From: Escherichia phage VTCCBPA_322
Sequence record: PP989839.1
Direction: 5' to 3' (one strand)
DNA length: 64,000 bases
Shown here: positions 31,801-39,642 of the stretch, piece after piece
How positions within the stretch are numbered: position 1 is the first letter of the stretch
Layout of the letters: each line of letters opens with the position of its first letter
The notes under the pieces: generated by a model
What the model saw: the letters and a program-made list of their open reading frames with translations, nothing else
Told to the model about the DNA's origin: nothing
Database searches by the model: none
Program-made: the position numbers and the translations under genes

Positions 31801-34800
31801 GTGAGAATACTGACGTTGCTAACCAAGTTCTGGCTACCAACTTAGATGATCGTATGCGTGTGCCAATGAGCATCTATGCTCCTTCACAGGCAGGCGTTGC
31901 AGGTATTCCATTTATGACCATTGGTACTGGCGATGGCATGATGATGCAGACCCTTTCTACTATGAAAGGTGCTCCGAAGAATACCCTGAAAATCTTTGAT
32001 GGTATGAACATTGGTATCGACAACATCACTGATGCAAGTCGTAAAGCTAACGAGGCTGTATACACTTCCTGGCAGGGTAACCCTATCAAGAATGTCTACG
32101 ACTCCTTCTCTAAGTTCATGAAGAATGTAGACTTCAGCAAACTGTCTGATGAAACCAAACAGGCTATCGCTAAATCTGCTCTGGAATATGACCAGCGTGA
32201 AGGTGCTACCGATGACCTGTTACGTGTTGGTGCTGAACAGATTGAACGTAATCTGCGCAACATTGCTCTGGGTGTGGATATTCGCCACAAAGTAATGAAC
32301 CAGGTACAGACTACTGTTGACCAGATGGCTGCTGTAGGTGCTCCTTATGTGAACAACGGTAAAATCTCTCTGGAAGGTCTGACTGTAGACCAGCAAGTAG
32401 CTAAGCTGAACGAACTGTTTGATGCTGAGTTAAACAAGCGTCGTGATGCAGTACGTGCTGCTAAAGCAGAACCAGTGAAAGAAGTACCAGCAATGGAACA
32501 GGTTGGTCGTGTACTGAAGTCTGGTGTACGTCTGCTGTCTAATACTGCTATCTCTAAGCTGGCTAAAGAGATGTCTCCGGAACAGCAAGCGGTACTGAAA
32601 GAAGTACAGAAATCCCTTGCTGCTAAAGACTACAAAGTTGTTTATGGTACTCCTGCTCAATTAGATGCTTATGCTATTGAGAAGAATATTACTCGCCCAG
32701 CACCAGAAGATATTGAAGCTGCTGAAGCAGGTAATGCATACGGCTGGACTAACTTTGATGATAAGACTATCTACTTAGTTACCCCTTCCTTGGAGACTCT
32801 GGTTCATGAATTGGTACATGCTTCTACTTTCGAATCTGTACTGGCTCATTATGAAGGTACTCCAAATGAAGCAGTCCAAAATATTGAAGACTTAATGAAT
32901 CAGTTCCGTACTCTGGATGTTAAGGATGAATCTCCGGCAGTACGCGAAGCATATGCAGATGCTCTTAATACCATTAATGGTCATTTGTCTAATGGCTTCA
33001 TTGAACCAGCAATGGCTAAAGCTGCTGCACTTAACGAGTACATGGCATGGGGTTTAACTAACCGTGAACTAATTAGCAAGCAGAAGAAAACTACTGCACT
33101 GAAGACTATGGTTCAGGCTGTGTATGAAGCAATCAAGCGTCTGGTATTCGGACGTAAGAAAGCTCCCGCTAATGCAGATGATATGTTCTCTGGTTTACTA
33201 TTTAACTCTGCTGTAGTTATGCGAGGACAAGCTCCTACTGCTGCTGTAGCCAAGGATACTACTCTGTTCCATAACAAAGCATACGGTGACAATACTCGTC
33301 TGGAAGAGCTAGGGAAAACCTTCGATAAACTGATTACAGACTACATTGGTTCAGAACCAGTACAACAAGTAATTCGTAAGGGTAAATTCTCTGATGCAGT
33401 AGTGAATGCAACTAAAGTAACCCGTGATGTTCAGGCTCATGGCTTCACTATGAATATGCAGGAACAGCGTCTATTCACTAACATCGTTGCTGCTCTGGCT
33501 ACTGAAGCTGCCATTAGTCCTGCTGCCCTGGCTCGTGCACAGGAATACTATACGCATGTTACTAAGAACCTGACCGTTGAATCGTTCATGGCTGACCCGG
33601 ATAGTACTAACCCTGCTGACCGTTACTATGCTCAACAGAAGTTCGATACCATTATGGGTGCTAACAATATTGAGTTTGATGCACAGGGCCGTTCTTCCTT
33701 ACTGCCTACCTTTGTTGGTCTGGCAATGGTAAGTGAAGAGGTACGTAAAGTACTGGCAGACATTCCTGTTATGAAAGCAGATAAGCAATCCGGTAATACA
33801 GTTGATGCAATGCTGACTAACATTGGTACTGCTGCAATGGCTAGTCTGAATGCTCGTGTAGCGGGTGATACTAAGGCTACCAATGTACAGGAAGGTATGG
33901 ATGCACTGGCTCAGACAATCATGCAGACGAGTCTCAATGCACAGTCCTTCTATGATTCCGTTGCTACTCCTAGTGGTAATGCTATTGACCGTGCTAACCA
34001 GTATCTGGTGGATTCTATTGATGCATTGTCTACCCGTGCTTTAGAAGGTGCTCGTGAAGTTGCAGCTAATACCAAGAACCCGTTGGTTAAAGGTGCTGCT
34101 CATGCTGCACAACTAATAGCTGCTATTGCTACAGAGAAGAATGGTGAAATCGTAGCTGAAGGCGTTATGGCTGCAATGAACCAGGGTAAAGTGTGGCAAC
34201 CTTTCCATGACCTGGTTAATGACTTAACAGGCCGTACTAAGAGCAATGCTTCTGTATACGATTTGATTAAGGCAGTACGTGCACAGGTACAAGCTGACCG
34301 TCAACAGTTCCGTGAACATTTGCCTACCACTATCGCATCTAAGTTCAGCCGTAAGCTGACTAATGATGAATGGAAAGCAATGCATACTGGTATGGGTAAA
34401 ACTGACTTAGCTGTTTTACGTGACACTATGTCTCTGGCTGAAATTCGTGACTTGCTGACTGACCAAAAGATTGTTGACCGTGAAGTGAATAAGCTGGAAG
34501 CAGACTTACAGAAACAAGCTGGTCGTAACTGGCCTCTGATTAGCCGTAAATCTAAGCAACTAGCTCAGTACATGATTAACGGTACAGTTGGTAATAACCT
34601 GCTGCGTAATGCTACAGCAATCTCTCGTATGCTGGGTGAACGTCAGGCTGCACGTTCTACTGTAGATGTAGCTCAACTGGATAAACTGATTACTCTGTAT
34701 GCACTGGAAGCAATGAGTAAGACTGACCGTGAGATGTTATCTTCACTGGCTCAATCAGAAGTTGATGGAATTGATTTTGCTACTTCTTACCTGGTTGGTC

Positions 34801-36608
34801 AGCGTAAAGATGAAATGGCTAAAGCCAAGTCTGACATGCGTGCAACCCTGAACCAGTACAAAGGTTATATCCCAAGTGAGACTAAGCAAGGTGTTAACCT
34901 GATTGTTGCTGAAGACAGTCAATTTGCTGATTTGATTGAGAAGTCTTATGTACGTCTGGGTACTTATCAAGGTAGTTCTGCTAATCGTGGTTCAGCACGT
35001 AGCTACTACTTCGCACCGGTACAGGCACAGGCTCCATTCTCACAGGGTATTCTACAGAACGTTCGTAATACTGCTGGTGGTGTAGACCTTGGTACAGGAT
35101 TTACGATGGGAACCATGGTGGCTGGTCGTATTACTGACAAGCCTTCTGTAGACCGTATCACTAAAGCACTGGCTCGTGGTGAACGAGGTAATGAGCCACT
35201 GATGCCTGTATATGATGACAAAGGTAATGTAGTTGCTTATGAACAATCTATTGACCCTAACATGCTGAAGCACATTGAGGGTGAGAACCATCTTGCTCGT
35301 GCAATCGGTGTATGGCGTGGTCGTCAGGTGGAAGAAGCTAAGGCTCAGCGTTTCAACGATATGCTAATTGAGAATCTGCATAGCATGTATGAGAACGACA
35401 TTAAGATGTCTGCCTCTAATAAGTCCCAGTACGTTAACCTTCTTGGTTCTAAGCTGGACCCAGTAACTGCTGATGCCCTTAAGCTGATGAACAGTGAAAC
35501 ACGTCAGAAAGCAGAAAGCCTGTTTGGCGAAGGTGAACTGTGGGTTCGTCGTGACATGCTGAATGATGCACTAGGCTATCGTGCAGCTTCCGTTGGTGAT
35601 GCCTGGTCTGGTAATTCTCGTTGGTCCCCGGAAACACTGGATACCTTTAAGAAAGCTATGCTTGGTGTGTTCGGCAACCGTGCCTACAAGTATGTAATGG
35701 GTGGTGAGAACCTGGTTCAGAACTTAGTTAAAGAAGCTAAGACTCTGATTGTAGTTAAATCAGTGGTTGTACCTGCTGTTAACTTCCTGGCTAACCTTTA
35801 CCAGATGGTTGGTCGTGGTGTACCCGTTAAGAACATTGCTAAAAGCATTCCACAGAAGACTGCTGAGATTAACCAGTACCTGAAATCTCGTCTGCGTCAG
35901 GTAGACGCAGAAGCAGAATTACGTGCAGCCACTAACCCGAACCAGATTCGTAAACTTAAGGCTGAGATTCAGTCTATTACTGACAGCCATAAGCGTATGA
36001 GTATCTGGCCTCTGTTAGAAGCTGGTGAGTTCTCTTCAATTGCAGATGCTGGTATTGGGCGTGATGATATCCTGATTACTGAGGGTAAACTCCATGAATA
36101 CATGGATAAACTGGCTGATAAGTTACCTAAGTCTGTACGCAACGCTGGACGTTATGCACTTATCACCAAAGATACTGCTCTCTTCCAGGGTATCCAGAAG
36201 ACGGTTGAGTACTCTGACTTTATCGCTAAAGCAATCATCTATGATGATTTGACTCAGCGTAAAGGTAAGACTCGTGAAGAAGCACTAGGACGTGTAACGG
36301 AGGAGTTCATTAACTATGACCGTTTGCCTGGTCGCTTCCGTGGGTATATGGAAAGTGTTGGTTTAATGTGGTTCTACAACTTTAAGATTCGTTCTGCGAA
36401 AATTGCAGTATCCATGATTCGTAACAACCCGGTACATGCAGCTATGGCTATGTTGGCTCCAACTCCTACCATGTTTGGTAACGTTGGTTTACCTATTCAG
36501 GACAACATCTTCAGTATTGCTGCACAAGGTAATCTTGGTTACTCCTGGGGCTTCGGTCAGGGCTTACGTGCCCATAACCTTAACCCTTGGCTCAACCTCA
36601 CTAACTAA
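25896..36608 (+). CDS. virion-encapsidated RNA polymerase (N4 vRNAP-like giant protein)
   Basis: One uninterrupted ~3,570-codon frame; first in-frame ATG 25896 after AGGAA SD (track start 25878 is TTG); a ~3,500-aa virion RNAP is the N4-like hallmark; RNAP motifs not verified. Confidence 0.8.
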   Translation: MSTFDRLAGFADSITNAKQVDVSTATSQKQAAQGQSPFQLTPENAYNLQTGRVGNLGIGAFEPGSLQADFTQASPLEILNKYGNEQGLQILNSRANAADVVRQDLSKQRTNAEAFGDTLSGVGLGVANTLGGIAALGTGLVNDNAGASIASGMDWLNEGVHNLQSDALNATRKVVQNQNLISAQKNQKLYEEDIKNGESSLVASLSRIGRDAFDSVANTLDNGMAATDGLSEGVGSLFTGGPLIRGVSALGKVMVGGDKAIKGITLAAELGSRPAQVALSAGRVAAPAIAIGGMEAGGAYQQTASEIMKMSHQELASKSPVYQQHIADGLSPDEARRQTASETGIVAAGLTAPVAAATGPLVSKFELNPLKVGSLAGAGSNMLRETVEEGIQSGTSQFAQNKAIQGNVDAKRDLLKGVGEQAGLGALYGFGSAGVAQAPGATVKAVGASAGPALRTTLAGASLVGSALAKAASPITNILVQRGEEVAKRNEQASPVSDATVNAAAQEATAQAEQAQATVQEAVDAMDISPEEKAAATQYAADLTQAMKFDPVELEQANPAIREAVSGSTNRVEAIQKMADLVNTAEDPNVQMEAAIQMYDNIMSMDSFINRDPGALANLEQGSPAANIVDQFSGLMANVQNTPKVLRAFRAIHSMIQEQAEAGKLKATEEANQAQANNIAMAADMSPEVLDADSVNMVLKHASEGKITLGNRQRAALQSAAALLQGAREFDAKAEELGLRPQDIVSKQIKTDESRSNEGQYSALQHAKRIRSAYNSGNFDLASAYLDDFMKFAQHMQNKVGALNEHLISGNADKNKSVHYQALTPSREWVRSRTGLGVNPYDTKSVKFAQQVGLEAKTVADIANALATAYPELNVSHVKVTPLDSRLDKPAAQVVKEFRQGNLDAAQSQQTNEPVNQVDKSPAPVQEATTTVQPKAKLVVENKTVPVKETSSKAEEVSTTESERDAYVKENTISQDILNKSGDRRESPWLFADGTVVGSNGDHISLSDVFGHDGYRDMSLDTGAVRSTFYKGSEQPFVSLQLFDNQKLTTEQFNTVQSFVEANNALIQIGVDTSGRNTNNVEKIEVSLAQLKADYTVGGKPLSEMETVFPVYNNDKTPNQFLKAFTLPEEPKSRTIGSESPLTDVKQALSSAARFEAFTQKENNALTSDVIKRYQDLMDFGETLKTTLSDRLTKFLANKNVGKRFAEGTEANRWVGGKLLNIVEKDGDTFKFNDQLLETAVLAGLQWRLTATQNAAVKDMKDVAAITGVEASLLPEGILAEFENAQTLVEATNSLAQKIESYWGLNRNPNAPLGYTKGIPMAMATEILSSFIEMGEVKESMLDVSEFDPASNKTVGLYTIEKLDDNDAINKFPTAIEEAVLVEPEEKMYFGDDIPSVAQTQLRNPAVKNTPEQKAALKAEQATEFRVHMPMVNFYEALGRDNILELMGAGTLNPELLNVNTAKSLEGKNLSVSMAYDSLFGVINQLQEQENGLDTPIHYGYNMTRVGRMQMLGKNNPQSSKLVREAILPTFSTIDLSNENSQTFSDFQLGLAQALGIKVHNMSREAMSEKLTKALEGNLKPAVDMMVEFDKSGHLPADAVDILKTSLGGDKSFVALMALMEYARYLNSTDRANFNTPLYVEADGVTNGPINAMVLMTGGKFTSDWIKNTAKGGLFFGKAGKTMNEHRSQDDSVDLYEASTNGLQQALNELRTTYRNNVPVMNQMNHLQKLMDLFIKDFNLNEDGTLDLKRGIAKNPLTITIYGSGARGIAGKMVSAITDTIYERFSDVLQARAADPSISPAMAMFGKEAASEANAQAMLDTFLTSMEALTGNVPVMRKGQLSIQQVEGALTGKLDPQKFTVSGNALKNLQENMLHLFVEPMRTGIRNTVGEGLMHSTENLQKATQIQSLVLQDMFQQAVQAKLAEKEKDPTWKKGDFLTQKELNEIQESLSPLAPMIETGSQTFYIAGSENTDVANQVLATNLDDRMRVPMSIYAPSQAGVAGIPFMTIGTGDGMMMQTLSTMKGAPKNTLKIFDGMNIGIDNITDASRKANEAVYTSWQGNPIKNVYDSFSKFMKNVDFSKLSDETKQAIAKSALEYDQREGATDDLLRVGAEQIERNLRNIALGVDIRHKVMNQVQTTVDQMAAVGAPYVNNGKISLEGLTVDQQVAKLNELFDAELNKRRDAVRAAKAEPVKEVPAMEQVGRVLKSGVRLLSNTAISKLAKEMSPEQQAVLKEVQKSLAAKDYKVVYGTPAQLDAYAIEKNITRPAPEDIEAAEAGNAYGWTNFDDKTIYLVTPSLETLVHELVHASTFESVLAHYEGTPNEAVQNIEDLMNQFRTLDVKDESPAVREAYADALNTINGHLSNGFIEPAMAKAAALNEYMAWGLTNRELISKQKKTTALKTMVQAVYEAIKRLVFGRKKAPANADDMFSGLLFNSAVVMRGQAPTAAVAKDTTLFHNKAYGDNTRLEELGKTFDKLITDYIGSEPVQQVIRKGKFSDAVVNATKVTRDVQAHGFTMNMQEQRLFTNIVAALATEAAISPAALARAQEYYTHVTKNLTVESFMADPDSTNPADRYYAQQKFDTIMGANNIEFDAQGRSSLLPTFVGLAMVSEEVRKVLADIPVMKADKQSGNTVDAMLTNIGTAAMASLNARVAGDTKATNVQEGMDALAQTIMQTSLNAQSFYDSVATPSGNAIDRANQYLVDSIDALSTRALEGAREVAANTKNPLVKGAAHAAQLIAAIATEKNGEIVAEGVMAAMNQGKVWQPFHDLVNDLTGRTKSNASVYDLIKAVRAQVQADRQQFREHLPTTIASKFSRKLTNDEWKAMHTGMGKTDLAVLRDTMSLAEIRDLLTDQKIVDREVNKLEADLQKQAGRNWPLISRKSKQLAQYMINGTVGNNLLRNATAISRMLGERQAARSTVDVAQLDKLITLYALEAMSKTDREMLSSLAQSEVDGIDFATSYLVGQRKDEMAKAKSDMRATLNQYKGYIPSETKQGVNLIVAEDSQFADLIEKSYVRLGTYQGSSANRGSARSYYFAPVQAQAPFSQGILQNVRNTAGGVDLGTGFTMGTMVAGRITDKPSVDRITKALARGERGNEPLMPVYDDKGNVVAYEQSIDPNMLKHIEGENHLARAIGVWRGRQVEEAKAQRFNDMLIENLHSMYENDIKMSASNKSQYVNLLGSKLDPVTADALKLMNSETRQKAESLFGEGELWVRRDMLNDALGYRAASVGDAWSGNSRWSPETLDTFKKAMLGVFGNRAYKYVMGGENLVQNLVKEAKTLIVVKSVVVPAVNFLANLYQMVGRGVPVKNIAKSIPQKTAEINQYLKSRLRQVDAEAELRAATNPNQIRKLKAEIQSITDSHKRMSIWPLLEAGEFSSIADAGIGRDDILITEGKLHEYMDKLADKLPKSVRNAGRYALITKDTALFQGIQKTVEYSDFIAKAIIYDDLTQRKGKTREEALGRVTEEFINYDRLPGRFRGYMESVGLMWFYNFKIRSAKIAVSMIRNNPVHAAMAMLAPTPTMFGNVGLPIQDNIFSIAAQGNLGYSWGFGQGLRAHNLNPWLNLTN

Positions 36609-36615
36609 ATGAAAA

Positions 36616-36635
36616 AGCCCCTCTAATGAGGGGCT
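36616..36635. terminator. bidirectional terminator AGCCCCTC-TAAT-GAGGGGCT
   Basis: 8-bp stem at the convergence of the + late arm (stop 36608) and the - arm (stop 36649); T-rich flanks on both strands. Confidence 0.7.
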
Positions 36636-36648
36636 TTACTCTTAGAAG

Positions 36649-36879
36649 TTAAGGTGTTTTCCACATTTTAGGCTTACGCCCTTCACTTGGAAATTTACCA
36701 GTCTCCTTAATCTTTCGTAGTGTTTCTTCAGATGGGAACCACAGGAATGTGAAGTAAAGCTTCTTAGCTACGTAACGAGTTACTCCTAGTTTCTCTGCGA
36801 TTTCATCGAATGAATATGTACGAACGGTATTGTTGAGAATGGCTTCACGAACAACAGAGGTAATAGATACTTGTGTCAT
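36649..36879 (-). CDS. small putative DNA-binding protein (HTH-like)
   Basis: 76 aa; SFDEIAEKLGVTRYVAKK resembles a helix-turn-helix; last gene of the - arm. Confidence 0.4.
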   Translation of the reverse strand: MTQVSITSVVREAILNNTVRTYSFDEIAEKLGVTRYVAKKLYFTFLWFPSEETLRKIKETGKFPSEGRKPKMWKTP

Positions 36880-36901
36880 GCTATTTTCCTATAAATGAGA
36901 A

Positions 36902-36931
36902 AGCCCTCACTAGGAGGGCTTGTTTTGTTTT
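36902..36931. terminator. hairpin AGCCCTC-ACTAG-GAGGGCT with T-run on + side
   Basis: Between the two - strand genes; + strand flank TGTTTTGTTTTGG, - strand flank TTCTCATTT. Confidence 0.4.
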
Positions 36932-37001
36932 GGCTTCTTGAGCCTTACCACTTGTCTGGTAGTTCAGTACCTTTCGGTAAAAACTACCTTACATCTTTGA
37001 A

Positions 37002-37382
37002 TCAGATTGTACAACCACCACCATCACAGGTGTTGTTTTCTGCAAAGGAAGCTAGAGCCTTAGCTGTCTCCTCTTTCTCATGCAGTGCCTGACGTAGCAG
37101 GTAACCCTCTAATTCCCAAATCTTATTGAATGCATTTTCATATGCATACTGACGGCCTTTCTTCTCATCATAGATAGTTGGGTCTACACAGGCAGATACA
37201 CCTTCAACTTTGAAGCCGTTTTCTAGGATGATAATGCAATGAGTTGTCAGACCCAGGTTAGCTAAATCATCTGCCGGGAGTGCAGATGGATCAACGAATG
37301 CAGACTTCACTGCATCAGCACCATTGAAATAGTAGACGCTCTTAATCTTAGCTTCGATTGCTTCTTTACTTACTGTTGCCAT
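37002..37382 (-). CDS. hypothetical protein
   Basis: ATG 37382 (MATVSKEAIEAKIK...) with GAGG SD; track start 37394 lacks SD. Confidence 0.45.
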   Translation of the reverse strand: MATVSKEAIEAKIKSVYYFNGADAVKSAFVDPSALPADDLANLGLTTHCIIILENGFKVEGVSACVDPTIYDEKKGRQYAYENAFNKIWELEGYLLRQALHEKEETAKALASFAENNTCDGGGCTI

Positions 37383-37440
37383 TATTAGCCTCATAGAGTG
37401 GTTTTAGTGTGTGCTTAAACATGATTACGTTTATTAATAC

Positions 37441-37480
37441 TCAAATAAAAAAGTCCCCCAGAGTGACGGCTCCAGGGGAC
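37441..37480 (-). terminator. intrinsic terminator on - strand (GTCCCC/GGGGAC stem, then TTTTTTATTT)
   Basis: 6-bp GC stem 37453-37458/37475-37480 with 16-nt loop; strong U-run in - orientation; closes the ORF-poor RNA region. Confidence 0.5.
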
Positions 37481-38265
37481 TTAGTACTATTTACCCATAG
37501 CTGGGAGGCTTTTGGTTCTTACCACGAAGACAGTCCACGCTGACTAGGCTTGGGATTGATAGTCCCGTTCCTGTGGTAATTACTCAGGCTAGGATTTAAG
37601 GAGTTCCTATTCTCCAGCGAAATTCCCGTCGAGGGGAATAACAATACAATAGCAGCCACTGGACTGTCTTACCAGTGTTGTCTTTAGAGTGCTGTGCAAT
37701 CAGGACTATGTTACTGCTAAATAGGTGAGTCATGCCAGGCTCTAACTGGCTCCTTCTTCGCAATCCTTACATACCCCTACATAATTATTGCGTTAAGCTT
37801 TTTTGTTTAAGTTTAAGTGAAGGCGTTCTTGCTGACTCATAATTAGGTTGGGCGTTTGACGAATGACTAGTTCGTTACTACCCGTTTGCCATAAGTACCT
37901 GGCGACTTTGGTTTGAGGTGGGAGTCCGAGTCCTGTACAGCCTTACCGTTCACACATTGGCAGCGTATCTAGAATAGCACTTCCGGCAACTGGATTTAAC
38001 TGTTACACCTCAAATCTGGTAGGGGCGTCCAGAAGTCTCATCTGGTACTTACGCCGTCGTATGGTTACGACTTACCCCCATTGTTAGTTGCTCGGCTCAC
38101 CCCCTCGACTAAAGTGACCTTTGAGGGGCTACGCTACACTATGTGTTTCATCCCATTACAGAGAATCATCAGGCGTATTAGTTGGTCACCCCGGATACCT
38201 ACTTACCGAGCATTGGTATCGTATGACTCTTCCAATTAGAAGTAGCACTGTTGCAGTCGTCACTG

Positions 38266-38337
38266 CCCATAGGTAAGGACTCGAACCTTACAATACCATT
38301 GGTTTACAATGTCGCTGTACCATTTCGCGTTCTATGC
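38266..38337 (-). ncRNA. tRNA-like element a (possible degenerate tRNA)
   Basis: T-arm TAAGG-TTCGAGT-CCTTA then CCTATGG; 5' partner GCATAGA gives only 5 of 7 acceptor pairs; internal CATTG-TAAAC-CAATG hairpin has a 5-nt loop; no canonical anticodon loop found. Confidence 0.3.
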
Positions 38338-38352
38338 AATGCTACTTTGAAT

Positions 38353-38476
38353 TGGTTATCAGTGAAGGATTCGAACCTCCGGTTGGAGTCTATAGCTTAC
38401 CGCAGCAGCCCTCCAATCTAGCGGTGTCACACTTAGTCCAAACTTGAACATGTCAAGCCATCTCGTGCAACTGATA
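38353..38476 (-). ncRNA. tRNA-like structured RNA b (124 nt; exact acceptor stem, T-arm, encoded CCA)
   Basis: 5' TATCAGT pairs exactly with 3' ACTGATA; T-arm GGAGG-TTCGAAT-CCTTC; discriminator A and CCA encoded (38353-38355 as TGG on +); too long for a canonical tRNA. Confidence 0.4.
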
Positions 38477-38478
38477 AT

Positions 38479-38606
38479 TGGTTCCAGGAGAAGGAATCGA
38501 ACCTCCAAGTCAGGCCGTGAACCCTGACTATATCACCTACACTTAGTAGGCTTACTCTAACTGCTGCGCATTACATTAAAGCTATACCTAGTGTTGATAT
38601 CCTGGA
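38479..38606 (-). ncRNA. tRNA-like structured RNA c (128 nt; exact acceptor stem, T-arm, encoded CCA)
   Basis: 5' TCCAGGA pairs exactly with 3' TCCTGGA; T-arm GGAGG-TTCGATT-CCTTC; discriminator A + CCA; 2-nt spacer to element b; internal hairpins CCTAC-TAAGT-GTAGG and GTCAGG-GTTCACGG-CCTGAC. Confidence 0.4.
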
Positions 38607-39240
38607 ATTGGAGTTGCCAGGGATTCCACCTGGCTCCATCTGTTTTTATAGTCACTCAGATATCGTCTGGACTCTTTACTGTGGGCTGTACCGACTACTT
38701 AGAATAACTACGGCAAAGATTATTCCACAGCTTACATTGATGGTACAACCCATCAAAGAGTACACTAGCACTGGGCCACGCATAAGTGGGCATCGGCCTT
38801 CCTCCCACAGCTAATCTACTAATGTACTCATTGATAGGATGTCATAATAGGAGGGAGGGGACGAATCCTCCCTTTATACCCTATGTTGCATGTAAGACCT
38901 AACATCTCGATGTTGTATAAATAGCGTAATGAACTATCCGACATTATTGGTTAATGTTGTGCTCAACATGAGCGTTAGTTGATAAGGGATCTGAAGCCTT
39001 ATCCTAAAGATTCTAACCTTTGGGATATAGCCTAAGATTCAGAAATGGCCCCTATAGGGAGAGGCCATTGATTAACCCGAATGTTGCTTTACATTTTCTG
39101 TAATAACCAATTCTTAAAATAGTCTGTCTGACGGATGGGGGGCCACCCCTAGCGTCAGTGCCATACGGCAAAGATTAAGTTAAGAAAGGTTATGATAGGA
39201 GTTCCTATCTCAAAGGATTCTAACAGAACCCTTCACGATA

Positions 39241-39411
39241 TTAACTACTCTTTTTTAATGCCTTTACTTCACCATCTTTATACCAAGCATACGGTATTAA
39301 GATTTTGCATCCTTCCGAATCAATGTGGAATGCTTTTTTTCCTTCAGCAGGTTCTCCACCCACGAAAGAACTAACCTTTCCATTGAGCCAGTGAATAGTA
39401 AATTTGTTCAT
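39241..39411 (-). CDS. small hypothetical protein (56 aa)
   Basis: ATG 39411, TAA 39243-39241; MNKFTIHWLNGKVSSFVGGEPAEGKKAFHIDSEGCKILIPYAWYKDGEVKALKKSS; below track cutoff; just upstream of the RNA cluster. Confidence 0.3.
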   Translation of the reverse strand: MNKFTIHWLNGKVSSFVGGEPAEGKKAFHIDSEGCKILIPYAWYKDGEVKALKKSS

Positions 39412-39642
39412 GCTAACCCCGTTTGAACCAATCCCCTTCGGAGAGTATTAAAGGGGACTGGTTCGGTTGTTGTTATTCTGGCGGCTTGTCACCACCGTGT
39501 TTACCACTGCATTTCCACAGGATAATGACAGTGATGATAAAAGCTATGTATGGAGCCGACACGTCTATAATTCTGACCAGTAGTAGCATCAGGACTATAA
39601 ACACTACCACACCTAGCAGCAGCTTCTGAGCCACCTACCAGA

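Noticed and set aside
26146-35291. Many 60-140 aa ORFs on both strands inside the vRNAP gene
   Set aside because: All nested within or antisense to one continuous 10.7-kb frame; expected chance ORFs.
38266-38606. Calling the three elements ordinary tRNA genes with specific anticodons
   Set aside because: T-arms and acceptor pairings are clear, but elements b and c are 124 and 128 nt and none folds into a cloverleaf with a 7-nt anticodon loop; assigning isotypes would be invention. Reported as tRNA-like ncRNA.
39046-39075. T7-type promoter (TATAGGGAGA)
   Set aside because: Only the 10-nt initiation core matches; the upstream recognition region does not, and N4-type RNA polymerases are not known to use T7 promoters.
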